Source of the DNA: Oopsacas minuta
Taxonomy: Eukaryota; Animalia; Porifera
NCBI GenBank assembly: GCA_024704765.1
Contig: JAKMXF010000354.1
Coordinates: 729,690 to 793,689 of the forward strand
DNA length: 64,000 nucleotides
Direction of reading: 5' to 3'
Made by a program: the position numbers and the translations under genes. The notes beneath the pieces are model-generated. The model did no database searches, was not told where the DNA came from, and worked only from the letters and a program-made list of their open reading frames with translations. Shown here piece by piece: positions 22,035 to 32,862 of the stretch (within the stretch, counting starts at the first letter, position 1; each line of letters opens with the position of its first letter).

Positions 22035-22604
22035 ATGATAGGATATTCTCTGATAATTCTAGTGATAGCATTTCTTACAGCCTGTCTGTCTGAGCTGACG
22101 TTATACTTCCTAGTGTATAGAACTGAACACTACAAGAAGTTAAAGCTAACGCTAGAGAGACAAGCTAAGAAATTGGAGAAGAAAAAGGAGTCTGCAGCAT
22201 GGACAGCTAAACCAGGAGTTAACCAGAAGAAAAAGTTGGAGAAGACAGAGGAGAAGCTTCAAGTTGATAACCGAGAGATAAATATGATCAAAACCAAATC
22301 TATGGTAATTCTAGGATTCACTTTCACTGCATTACTTGGGATGTTCAATCAGATATTTGATGCCGTGGTTGTAGCCAGACTGCCTTTCGAGCCAATACCG
22401 TTTATACAAGGGCTTACACATAGGAATTTAATGGGCAGTGATATGCAAGATTGTTCCTTCATTTTCCTTTACATACTAAGCACAATGGCTATCAGAGAGA
22501 ATTTACAGAAATTGACTGGATTTGGTCCCTCTAGAGCAGTGGGGAGATTGGGAGGAAGTATGTGGCAACCTTCAGGGAGTAACTCAGCTGGAAAATTATG
22601 GTGA
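22035..22604 (+). CDS. TMCO1: Calcium load-activated calcium channel TMCO1
   Basis: LVYRTEHYKKLK...KKLEKKKE; KSMVILGF; FDAVVVARLPFEP...GLTHRNLMG.D..DCSFIFLYIL. Confidence 0.95.
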   Translation: MIGYSLIILVIAFLTACLSELTLYFLVYRTEHYKKLKLTLERQAKKLEKKKESAAWTAKPGVNQKKKLEKTEEKLQVDNREINMIKTKSMVILGFTFTALLGMFNQIFDAVVVARLPFEPIPFIQGLTHRNLMGSDMQDCSFIFLYILSTMAIRENLQKLTGFGPSRAVGRLGGSMWQPSGSNSAGKLW

Positions 22605-23067
22605 ATGAATTTATGTTAGCTTAACACAGTACTGGAATATATTCAAATTGATAGGATTAATCTAATTATTACTTAATGCACCAGTTGCAAATATTTCCTA
22701 GTTACGTATCATGGTGATTGGTATTTTAATTATTCAATGATAAAAGCCCGGTCCATATATAGTTCCATCAGACTTGCTCTGTACGTAAGTAGTAGCACAG
22801 TCTATGGTTAATATTTAATCACAACAATTAATAATTAAGGAGATGAGCGCTACTATACACGTATTATATCTTGTCTACAAATTCTGATGTAATTAGTATA
22901 CTCTAGCATTCTAATGTCTAGAGTTACAGATATATTTTCCAATGCGTAGATATCTCCAATTACATCCTAATCAATGTAGGGTAACTCAATCTTAATAATT
23001 GTTTCTGCCTATACACAGAGATGGACTGCTACAAAACGAAATGCTTCATTATTTAAAGTAAAGTATA

Positions 23068-24657
23068 ATGTCTAGAAGAGTCAAGTTCAGTACCAGCCAG
23101 GAGATGAGTATTGAAGAGAAGCAGCAACAAACTAATGAGAAGAATAGAATTAGGAATAAGTTGTGGAGTTTAAGAATAGTCTTCTTTTTATTACTTATCT
23201 TTATTTGGCTTATGTACATCAGTCCTTTACTAGGAGGAATTGAAGGTCTCCTTGTAGGAGCTCTAGAAGTCATAAATCCTAGCGTTGACTATTATAATCG
23301 TAATAACACCAAACATATTGTGTATAATTCACAATGTAACTTAACGCATAAATACACAAAAAATTCTTATAACATTGATGCAAACAACACATTCAATGGT
23401 ACTTGTCCAATAGCATACATTTTCAATGGAACATACTGTGTACCTGAGTGTATCAGATGGAATCCAGGTGGAAACGTGTATTTCTGGATATACAGGATTA
23501 GTACTGTAGTAGGCTCAGCTATACAAATAGGTACTTGTATTATCTTCTTATCAGCCTGGCTACAAGCTGGACGCTCTGTGTGGAGATTTCCAGCTGTTAC
23601 TTCTTTCTACCTGATGATTACTATCCTCATTCAATCGCTGGCTGTGTTTTCTGGCTCACTTATACCAGAGAGGTTCTACTGCAGTAGCCAAGAGCTTGAT
23701 AGGTCCCGTGAAGCTAGTACTATAGCATGCAAGATACAGGGTGCTTTGTTCCAGTATGGTATATTCTCGTTCATGCTATGGTATCTATCATCATTCGTTA
23801 ATTTAGCGTTACTAGTCGCAATCCCCTTACACACTGCCAAGATAATGAAACACAGACATAAGATCCATGTTCTAGAATTCATAATCTGTTTCTTCTTTCC
23901 GATTATTGTTCTTTTGATTAGTTTCTTTGCAGACAGTGACGGACAAGGTTATAGAATTCTTAACGTCCCCGAGGTATGTCTTCCTAAAGACGCTTTCATA
24001 TTCATTACTATCTATCTACCAGGTATATTATTCTCTCTCATCCTTGGGAGCTTAGCTATGCTCATCTTGTATAAACTGTTTACTCAACAATTCGTGTCTA
24101 GTGCTGGAGCAGGGCTAAAGCGTACAATAATAACTGATCTAGCTATTCAGGTTATCCTCTTTCTAGTTTCGTTCGGATTCCTGATTTGGATAATTATGAT
24201 AGATTTTGTTGTTTATGAGAATCTAAAACTTCCCTATAAAGGATTCCTTGATGAGTACATAAGATGTATAACTGACTATCTCGGAAATGAAGCTTGTTGT
24301 AATGCTGTATTCCAAGAGTATTACGCTAGCTGGCTCAGTACATTGGCTGGATTCTGCAGTACTGTATGGGCAGCTCCCGCTCTGCTAGGCCTAGCTGGAC
24401 GAATCATTAGTCAGAAATGTTGCAGTTGTGTACGGGAAAGTCATTCTGAGAATCGCACAGCGATAACTACTACTAACCACGATAGGAGGAACGAATTAAT
24501 CAGAGGTCAAACTTTAAAAAGAGAAGAAAATAATGTTGGATATGGTAACCCTTACCCCGGGAAAATCGCTACCATTCTAACGGAAGATTCACCTAAAGTT
24601 AGTGACAAATTTAAGAAGTCGAATACTGTAGATGATTTCAACGAGGTGCATCACTGA
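23068..24657 (+). CDS. Smoothened/Frizzled-like 7TM receptor B, no CRD, extra N-terminal TM; paralog of 15324-16904
   Basis: Same architecture and motifs as receptor A: CPIAYIFNGTYCVPECIRWNPGG, WRFP, YC...SR..STIACKIQG, NVPEVCLP, EYIRC...CC, WLSTLAGFCSTVW. Confidence 0.8.
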   Translation: MSRRVKFSTSQEMSIEEKQQQTNEKNRIRNKLWSLRIVFFLLLIFIWLMYISPLLGGIEGLLVGALEVINPSVDYYNRNNTKHIVYNSQCNLTHKYTKNSYNIDANNTFNGTCPIAYIFNGTYCVPECIRWNPGGNVYFWIYRISTVVGSAIQIGTCIIFLSAWLQAGRSVWRFPAVTSFYLMITILIQSLAVFSGSLIPERFYCSSQELDRSREASTIACKIQGALFQYGIFSFMLWYLSSFVNLALLVAIPLHTAKIMKHRHKIHVLEFIICFFFPIIVLLISFFADSDGQGYRILNVPEVCLPKDAFIFITIYLPGILFSLILGSLAMLILYKLFTQQFVSSAGAGLKRTIITDLAIQVILFLVSFGFLIWIIMIDFVVYENLKLPYKGFLDEYIRCITDYLGNEACCNAVFQEYYASWLSTLAGFCSTVWAAPALLGLAGRIISQKCCSCVRESHSENRTAITTTNHDRRNELIRGQTLKREENNVGYGNPYPGKIATILTEDSPKVSDKFKKSNTVDDFNEVHH

Positions 24658-24972
24658 AGAGACCTTAGAATACATCTCTTCCATTCTAATATATTTTGGC
24701 TTTTTTATAGGATTTTTTTAATATTTTAATTTATTGTAATTATGATGTAATAATTGTGTTTGCCTGATATTAGCTTCCATGTAATAAAGATAGAGATAAA
24801 ACAAATGCATGTGTTTATTACAATACTATTCTCATTAATAAAAATATAATAATGTTATAGTGTAAGGGATTGTCTAGTTCAATCGATGAATTAACACGTT
24901 CAAGTTGTGCATCTATTCTGTTATCAGTTATAAGAGATCGGGGCGAGGTTACGATTGTTAAGTTAAAATAAA

Positions 24973-27900
24973 TTAGTCCTCGGGTTCATTTTGTTTATAT
25001 ATTTTCATAGCTTGGCCCACTGTCAGATATCTCCTAATACCCAAAAACTCTCCCTCTTGGCCTTCTACTCCCTCCTGATCTTGTATAAGTTTGTTGTCTC
25101 TGGAAAACTTCTCAAATCCTTGCTGTATAGTGTCTACCGCCCATGATAGCTCTTCTCTCTCTTTAAGTTCCTGTAATAGGTTAATTAGTACCAGTTCCTC
25201 TGTCTGCGAAGAAGCATCTGACTTTACAATAGCTTCAATGCTGTCATCAGCTGAAAATGTTTGTGTAGCTGATTTATTTATGAGCTCTATATCTGTTTGG
25301 TATTTATCGAATCCTTCCTGAACCATTCCAACTGCCCAGTTGTAGTCATTCACAAATGAATTCTGTCTTTTCTTAGTGCGATGCATTGACCAATACTGTT
25401 GAATAATACGAGCACTGCTTTCACGTCTATGCTTGCTATCACTACGTATAAAAAGGCTAGAAGCTTTCTCTTGTAGTCTTCTAGCATGGTCTTGAGCCAA
25501 TGATTCTTTTCTCTTCCAATCATTTAAACTCTCTATTTCACTTGACAACTTATTTCTCTCTTCCTCTCCTTCTATTGCCTTTCCTTTCAAGTCATCCAAT
25601 TCTACATCACGAGTCTGCAACCGTTGTCTATAGGATAAAATAGTCCTTTTTACCATAGCAATTTTAGGAAATGGGGAGGGATCATAACACACATTTTATC
25701 CTTATTACTTATTGACCATAACTTTGAAATATGATACATAGTTATTTAAGATCTGAAATCAAACACTCACTTGAAGAGCTCCTTCTCTTGTGCTACATGA
25801 CCACACTCTTGTGTAAGAGTCTCGTATCTCTCTGACAAAGTTTTACCTTCCTTTTCTAGATCAGTTATCTCTTCCTTCAGTGAACTTTCCTTATCAATCA
25901 TTTCTAATAGCATTATTTCCTTCCCTTCTAAATGCTCTGTGAATTTACTTCTCGTGCTCTCCTCTCGTTTCTTAGCCTCTATCAATTCTATCTCCAGAGA
26001 AACTAGGTTATCCAAAAGTTGCATGTAATTCCTACCCAAGTATTTAGCTGCTAGCATATTCTTATCTTCGCCTAATCCTGTAATTTCTTGTGGTGGAATA
26101 AACTCATCCAGTTCCTCTAATCTCAATATCAATTCTGCTTTCTCATTTTCAACTAGTTTCTTCTGGACCTTAATCTCTCTTATGGTTCTATTCAGTGTGT
26201 TAACTTGGTCCTGATAATGCTCAGAAACTTCTTTCTCATAGCTGTCTATAATAGCAGTCAGTCTGAGTATTTCTTGTGTGCAAACCTCAAGCTGTACCTA
26301 CACGTATAAATAAGATTATTTAGTAAACTCACGAGAATTCAGTGTGTTTGGAGCTGCCAATATCTCCTCACACTTTGCATTCTAGTCTATTCAATAGTTA
26401 GTAGTAATGTTAGACCATCACATCTTGAAATGTCTCATAGGAATAACATAATCTGAGGAATGCTATATGGATGAAGAATCGTTGAGAAATCGTTTACTTA
26501 ATCGCTTGAAAGATCAACAAAAACAAGAACGACAGGAACAACAACAATCAATAACTCATGAAGACGTTGGAACGCCGAGCATACCAATGCTACCAAACAA
26601 TCTCCATCTGAATAGCACAGTAGATTCTGAGATTAGCAGTGCAGAGATGGCGGATAGCATAAAGGGAGACGATGAGAATATTATACACAAAACACATAAA
26701 CTACACAAACAAGATAGATACCGTAAGGGAAAGAGAAATGAGATAAAACTAGAGAAAAATACACAAGACAGAAAGCCTAATCAGAGTAAAAAATTAGAAG
26801 AAAAGAGAGAAGATAAAAAGAAGATGAAAGTTAAACATAAAGACAAACAACAAAAATCTGTTGTAAAGTTGAAGAAGGAGATCAGTCCATCTCGTAGCTC
26901 TCCCTCTATCACTAAACGAGCTAAATACAAGAGAGAATCTAGTCCTGATAGGAACTACAGGAGACGTAGGAAGAGATCTGACTCAAGAGATAGCAAATAC
27001 AATAGGAGGACACATAGATACAGGTTAGTTAGTGAATTCAGTAGTTATATACGATAATTGGGATTTATTGATTAGGAGCAGAACCCCTGTAAGGAGGAAG
27101 AGAGCTGATACGTCACATAATAGGGACCGCTACTACCGTAAGAGTTCTAGAGAAAATAGATACTCTCCAGAAAGAGGGAGGAGGACGATGAGAGACTCAA
27201 GGAATGATAGAAATACTCAAGTCTATAGAAGGAGATATCATTCCAGATCAAGTGAGTTAACTGTATTAACAATTACATTCTATAACTACAATACATCTAA
27301 TAGGGTCCCGTTCATTTAACCGCTACACAGACTCTGAGAGTACCACAAGCTTTAGTATTAGTACTTATGGCTCTGACATAGAGACGTCTTTGAAGGAAAA
27401 GAATGTGATGCCAGCTACCAGCACTACTAGCGGAGACAGAGGGGTCCCTTCCGGGTTCGGACAAGGTTTATATATTCCTCAATTAAATCAGGCTGATAAG
27501 AATAAAGGAGGGATAGGAGACCTCTTGACAGCCATTAGACAAGGACAGAATCAGCAAAGCAAGAGTACAGCAATAGCTCAATACACAGCTATATTTCAGA
27601 GAATATCTGAAAGGTAAGGATTAAAATTATACGTATATGGAATATGTGTTTATCATATTTATACTTTAGAGAGGTTGAACAGACTCCCAATACAGAAGAA
27701 CCTGCAATAGAGATAACACAGGAATCTAACCAGCCAAGCAAGTTTAAGCTAGTAGAACAGGAGTTCCCAGTATCTCACGGCTCTGAACATCGTAAAGCTA
27801 CCTTCAATTCAGAAATAGGAGTTATAGGTAATCAAATTGAAGAACAGCTGTTTACAGACCCTGCTTCTATTAACAGGATGATGTTGGGTATTAACCCTGG

Positions 27901-29653
27901 TAAATACATTGGAGATAAGGCGGTCTGCTTACCAATGAATCTATTAGAAGGAGGAGATCCTGCTTGGGTTAAGAAGCACCAGTTTAAACGGTTGGCTCCA
28001 GTGGGAGACGGAATAGGACGAAAATTGATGGAGAAAATGGGGTGGAAAGAAGGAATGCCTCTGGGTAAAAGCGGGTATGGAGCAATTACTCCAATTGAAC
28101 CGGATGTTAAGACAGACCGTAAGGGACTGGGCGTTGGGTCTAGCAAGGATCTGCTGTGCCTCCCCTTACCTCCTATGAATAACATTCCAAACTACAATCC
28201 TGTAGCAGGTGATAATAGTATGGATATCTCAGATCCAAGTGCTAGATTGTTTGAGCCAAATGCACTAGCTGGAGGTAAACATCCAGTATGTGTATTGATG
28301 GAGATTTGTGCTAAAAGGCATTGGACTAATCCTGTATTCGAAGAGGTAGGAGAACAAGGACCTAAATCTTTCAAATACAGAGTTAGAACATCTATGGGTT
28401 GTTATCAACCCTCAATAACTTCTGTCAATAAGAAAGATGCTAAAAGACATGCAGCGTTAGCTTGTCTCCAGGCCCTGGGACAGGTACCATGTAAACCAAT
28501 GGATGTTACACCTACAAACTCTATACCTCAATACAATATTCAGCAACAACCACCAATGCTTCATAACATCTCACTGATGCCTCAATTCCCTATATCAGCA
28601 CCTAGACATATGCCCCTCCTACCTCAGATATATCCTCCTCCCTTACCTCAAGCACCATCCTACTTACACACTAATGCACACCCTGGTGCTATAAGTCACA
28701 TGCCTGTCTATCAGAAACCTTTCACCATGTAGTCAGTCATATATATTTAATTAATAGCGATTTTGATCAATATTAATAATTCATAAATGAATCATATAGA
28801 CTATAGTTCTTGTATTTTAAAACGGTTACACACACATGTGTTCTTATGAACTGAAATTATTGTCTTATTCATATGAATATAATCATGAGTTATCTAACCT
28901 GCATTTCACGTGTATCCATGGTTTTAGAATCCTCTTGTAACTTGCTCAAAGCATGTTCCCTCTCTCTTAGCGTTTTCTGTAATGTGTATATTTGTCTTTT
29001 CATAGACAGAATCAGTGTCTTGCTGCCTGATCCCTGTCCTTGTCCTGTCCTCTCCTTGTCCCCTAGAGACCGTACTAACTCCTGTTGAGACAAACCTCCG
29101 TCACCAGATAGCACTTCCTCCAGTTCTTTATCTCTGCGATTCAATTCTTCTTCTGTTCTCCTCAATCTAAGAGTACTAATTCAAATATCGAATAATTATC
29201 TAGAAATAATACCTATTACCTAGACTTTAGATTGTCTCTCTCATTTCCAGCTAATCTCACAGCTTTCTTGAGGCCTTGTAACTCCAGATACATTTCTTCT
29301 TTAGTCCCGTACTGCTTAGCTGATCTGTTTAGACTTGTGGTTGCTTTGTCTGCTCCTCTCTTTGCTTGAGTAGTCTTCATAACTACGTTGTATAGTGACT
29401 GTGTGGTTTGTCCGGTCTGGTTAGGAGAATAATTCCCCTCTGTACCAACACCTACCCCAGTAACAGCTAGAGCTCTCTTCCATAATCCTCCACCATCAGT
29501 TACCTCTCCCTCTCCTTGCCCCTGAATAGTCTTACCACGCTTAGAACTGCCCAGGCCTGTACCTGGGGGTGTCCATGTTGCAATGGACTGGTAAGGAGAG
29601 GCTGTACGGCTTTTCGTGTGTAAGGGGCTTGTTACCCCTAGAGTCTTAGACAT
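24973..29653 (-). CDS. IQCE: IQ domain-containing protein E; exons 29653-29220, 29166-28899, 26297-25771, 25627-24973
   Basis: KEEMYLELQGLKK...RLRRTEEELNRRDKELEEVL...LILSMKRQIYTLQKTLREREHALSKLQED.KT...EMQ|VQLEVCTQEILRL matches the IQCE core; IQ motif ARIIQQYWSMHR; GT-AG junctions preserve frame. Confidence 0.8.
26467..28732 (+). CDS. SON: SON DNA/RNA-binding protein (RS-rich, G-patch, dsRBM), about 4 exons, nested in IQCE intron 2
   Basis: RS-rich exons; G-patch GIGRKLMEKMGWKEGMPLGKSGYG...DRKGLG; dsRBM GKHPVCVLMEICAKRHWTNP...KKDAKRHAA. Short GT-AG introns near 27024-27075, 27252-27303 and 27614-27669. Confidence 0.85.
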
Positions 29654-29757
29654 TTATGATATCAACTAAATTGTCTATACTAGTTATAAGAGTAATCGGT
29701 TGTAGGATTGATTTCTATTTTTAGAATTTTCGTAGTTATATTTATCCATCAATCTTT
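29654..29757. promoter_or_regulatory. Putative 104-nt bidirectional promoter between IQCE and SETD7
   Basis: Head-to-head ATGs at 29653 (-) and 29758 (+). Holds only if neither gene has an upstream exon elsewhere. Confidence 0.45.
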
Positions 29758-30831
29758 ATGTCATATGATTATTACTACGGAGGGGTAGATAGAGATAATC
29801 ACCCGCATGGAAGGGGTAGTATGCATTGGGGAGAATCTGTTAGATTTGAAGGAAGATTTTCCAGGGGTAATAGGGTCGGGAAAGGTACACTGTACTTTGG
29901 AGATGGTAGTTATCTGACAGGTTCATATAAGGACGACACGATTCATGGATTAGGTCGTTATGTGTTCAGTGATGGCAGTGAGTTAGTAGGCATGTTTGTG
30001 GATGGAGAAATGAATGGATTAGTGCGAAAGTTCTCACCTGAAGGGGACTTTGTTTTCTATGGAAAGTACAGAGATAATTTACCCTTTGGTGAAGTGTGTT
30101 CCTATGACGAATGGGGAGGTATGGTGTGTGGTATTGTGAATAATAAAGGGGAGTTGACAGGAGATAACATATCTTATGTCTATCCAGACAAGAAGCATGC
30201 ACTCACTGGATTATTTAGAGACGGGATGCTTGTGAAAGCAGTCCCTTCTCTTGTACAAGATTACAACAAAGAAACTAGATGCTACCATTGTAAGCAAACG
30301 GCAAAGACAAGTATATCATATGACTTGTCTACCAAATTGAGGATATCTAAATTCCCAATGGAGTCTGACCATTATGAACAGTACTATGTTTATGTCAGTA
30401 GCTCACTTATTGCTGGAGCTGGCGAAGGACTATTTGCTAAGAGAATGCTATCTCCCCATCAAGTAATTTCATTCTATAACGGTATACGAGTTAGTCATGA
30501 TATTGTTAACAAACGGTCATGGTTAGAGAACGCTAATACAATTTCCTTAGACGATTATGTGGTAATAGATGTCCCTGTAGAGTATAATCAGTTACTTACG
30601 TATTGTGCTAGTTTAGCTCATAAAGCTAACCATTCTTCACAGCCTAATAGCTACTACGATAAATTCACTCATCCAAGATTTGGTAGGATCAAATGTATTA
30701 GAGCTGCTAGAGAGATTAGTCCTCGTGAAGAGATTACGGTTAACTATGAGTATATTCACGTAAACACGGATAATGAGACGGATCTCCCTGTCTGGTACAC
30801 TCAGGCCAATTCAGCTGTAATAATAAGTTAG
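29758..30831 (+). CDS. SETD7: Lysine methyltransferase SETD7 (MORN repeats + SET)
   Basis: N-terminal MORN repeats; YVYPD...L.G.F.DG; SSLIAGAGEGLF; SLAHKANHS; EEITVNYEY. Confidence 0.92.
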   Translation: MSYDYYYGGVDRDNHPHGRGSMHWGESVRFEGRFSRGNRVGKGTLYFGDGSYLTGSYKDDTIHGLGRYVFSDGSELVGMFVDGEMNGLVRKFSPEGDFVFYGKYRDNLPFGEVCSYDEWGGMVCGIVNNKGELTGDNISYVYPDKKHALTGLFRDGMLVKAVPSLVQDYNKETRCYHCKQTAKTSISYDLSTKLRISKFPMESDHYEQYYVYVSSSLIAGAGEGLFAKRMLSPHQVISFYNGIRVSHDIVNKRSWLENANTISLDDYVVIDVPVEYNQLLTYCASLAHKANHSSQPNSYYDKFTHPRFGRIKCIRAAREISPREEITVNYEYIHVNTDNETDLPVWYTQANSAVIIS

Positions 30832-31397
30832 CTTGCTAATGTTTGGTTTACTGTTTTGTTCGAATCAATAATATATTATTTTCGTTGTGATTATTTACAA
30901 AGTTTTAAATTTTATCACAACAGGCCCGAATGAAGTCAGGGCTGTTAAGTCACACATTTTTCTTTGGCTGGCGAGTTTTTTTATTCAAAAAAATACCAGT
31001 GAATACAGATGTTTGCAAATTTGTAAAGTGATGCAATTTTGTAAAATATTTATTGTCTTCAAGTGTTAGATCATATTGGCATAGTATAGCTAATATATTT
31101 TGGGTTTCTTTTGAGTAATGAATTTGTTCTTATAAAAGCAAAAATTCAGACAAATTTTATGGATTTGAGTACATCTGGGCTTCTAATAAGATAGAATATC
31201 TCATAGACCGTTTAACTCTAATCAGTGCGTATGGCAAAATGACTTTTGAAACTTGTTGAATAGAGTAACCACTTTCCGTTTTGCTTTTCAACTGTTAGGC
31301 ATACATGTAATATAAAGTCATTGTGACATATGGAGATATCCTATTTATGTTCTTTGGTGTTATTAGAATCATATAACAATAGAGATCTGTTGCAGAT

Positions 31398-32033
31398 ATG
31401 GCTAAAGTGATGGCTCCAGCTCCCCCTCCTCCCAAGCCTGGTTCCATCCGTGTAGTCCAAGCTCTATTCCCTTACAAAGCCCAGCACGTAGACGAGCTAT
31501 CATTTAGTGAAGGAGATCTCCTATACATCATAGAGGGTATCAATTTGGAGGCTGGATGGTTGAAAGCCAAATGCAAAGGTAAAATAGGTCTAATTCCTGG
31601 TAACTACGTAGAAACACAATCTGAGAGTATTCCCAATCCTTTACAAGAGGCAGCTAAGCGAGGCAATATTGAATTCCTGAATGAATGTTTGCAGAATAAA
31701 GTGTCTGTTAATAGCTTAGATAAATCTGGGTCTACTGCCATACACTGGGCTGCCCGAGGAGGACACATAGAGTGCGCTACTGCTCTCCTAAGGTACCCTA
31801 ATATCCAAGTTAACTCGCAGAACAAACTAGGGGATACTCCACTACATAATGCTGCCTGGAAAGGCGACAGTGCTATCGTGGCAATCTTACTAGAGGCTGG
31901 CGCAGATATCACGATTAGGAACAATGATAAATTGACCCCTTATGACCTCTCTAAGATCCCAGAGGTAGGAGTACTCCTCAAACAACGTCACGGGCTAGAT
32001 GAGGATATTGATGACGGAGGGGACTCTGACTGA
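31398..32033 (+). CDS. OSTF1: Osteoclast-stimulating factor 1 (SH3 + ankyrin repeats)
   Basis: PPPPPKPG...ALFPY...DELSF.EGD...GLIPGNYVE; NPLQEAAKRGN; QNKLGDTPLHNAAWKG. Confidence 0.95.
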   Translation: MAKVMAPAPPPPKPGSIRVVQALFPYKAQHVDELSFSEGDLLYIIEGINLEAGWLKAKCKGKIGLIPGNYVETQSESIPNPLQEAAKRGNIEFLNECLQNKVSVNSLDKSGSTAIHWAARGGHIECATALLRYPNIQVNSQNKLGDTPLHNAAWKGDSAIVAILLEAGADITIRNNDKLTPYDLSKIPEVGVLLKQRHGLDEDIDDGGDSD

Positions 32034-32209
32034 TAAAATGATTTGTTTGTGTTATTTACAAGAATTCATTATTTGTTTACATAGCGATTTGTCGTGTGAG
32101 ATAAATATTATCCTTTGTGTATTGTTTATATATTAAATGAATATATGTCCTAATAATTTATAATCACCGACACATACTGCAATTACCTAACTTTATAATT
32201 GAGTAGGAA

Positions 32210-32761
32210 ATGTCTGTGGATTCAGATACACAACAAGACATGATTGATAGTATAAACTACAGACTCGATAAGCTACAGAACAATCTTACTGGAGCTGCTG
32301 ATATTCACCAGGTACAGCATTACCCGTTCTGTGCGCTTGATATGACGTCACGTATACAGAATCAGATTTCTATTTTTGAATCCAAACATGCCAATGTTAA
32401 GGATCTCAATAGTAAATTAGATGAATTACGTCCTTACCTCACTTCAGAAGAGTATCTCCATGATGCTGAAGGTATAAGTGAAGTAATCCTGTCACGAGCT
32501 GATGACATCATGAAGCAAGCTAGTGAGTTAGAAAGATTAGAACAGCTCAAGCAGTATGATGGTACTCTATCAACTGACGTCAGTTCATTACAACATAGAG
32601 TTAAACCTCTTATTGAGGTAACTCTACATCAAACCCATGACACTGAGAAAATGACGTCACAGGTTCAGGAGGTTGTAGCTAGATACAACAATGTTATATC
32701 TGCTATATCGAACCAGTTCTTAGTGTGGGATGAATTACTAACCAAATTAGAAACCAAATAG
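32210..32761 (+). CDS. DCTN3: Dynactin subunit 3 (p22/p24)
   Basis: Coiled coil ending ISNQFLVWDELLTKLE, matching the DCTN3 C-terminus (LSKQFVQWDELL). Confidence 0.8.
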   Translation: MSVDSDTQQDMIDSINYRLDKLQNNLTGAADIHQVQHYPFCALDMTSRIQNQISIFESKHANVKDLNSKLDELRPYLTSEEYLHDAEGISEVILSRADDIMKQASELERLEQLKQYDGTLSTDVSSLQHRVKPLIEVTLHQTHDTEKMTSQVQEVVARYNNVISAISNQFLVWDELLTKLETK

Positions 32762-32862
32762 TCAATTGGAATGTATTGTAATAAAATTATCTACTCTCTG
32801 TTATTCTCACAGTATTGAGCTAATATAATTATACTGTAAAAGGATTTAAATAGATTAGCTAA

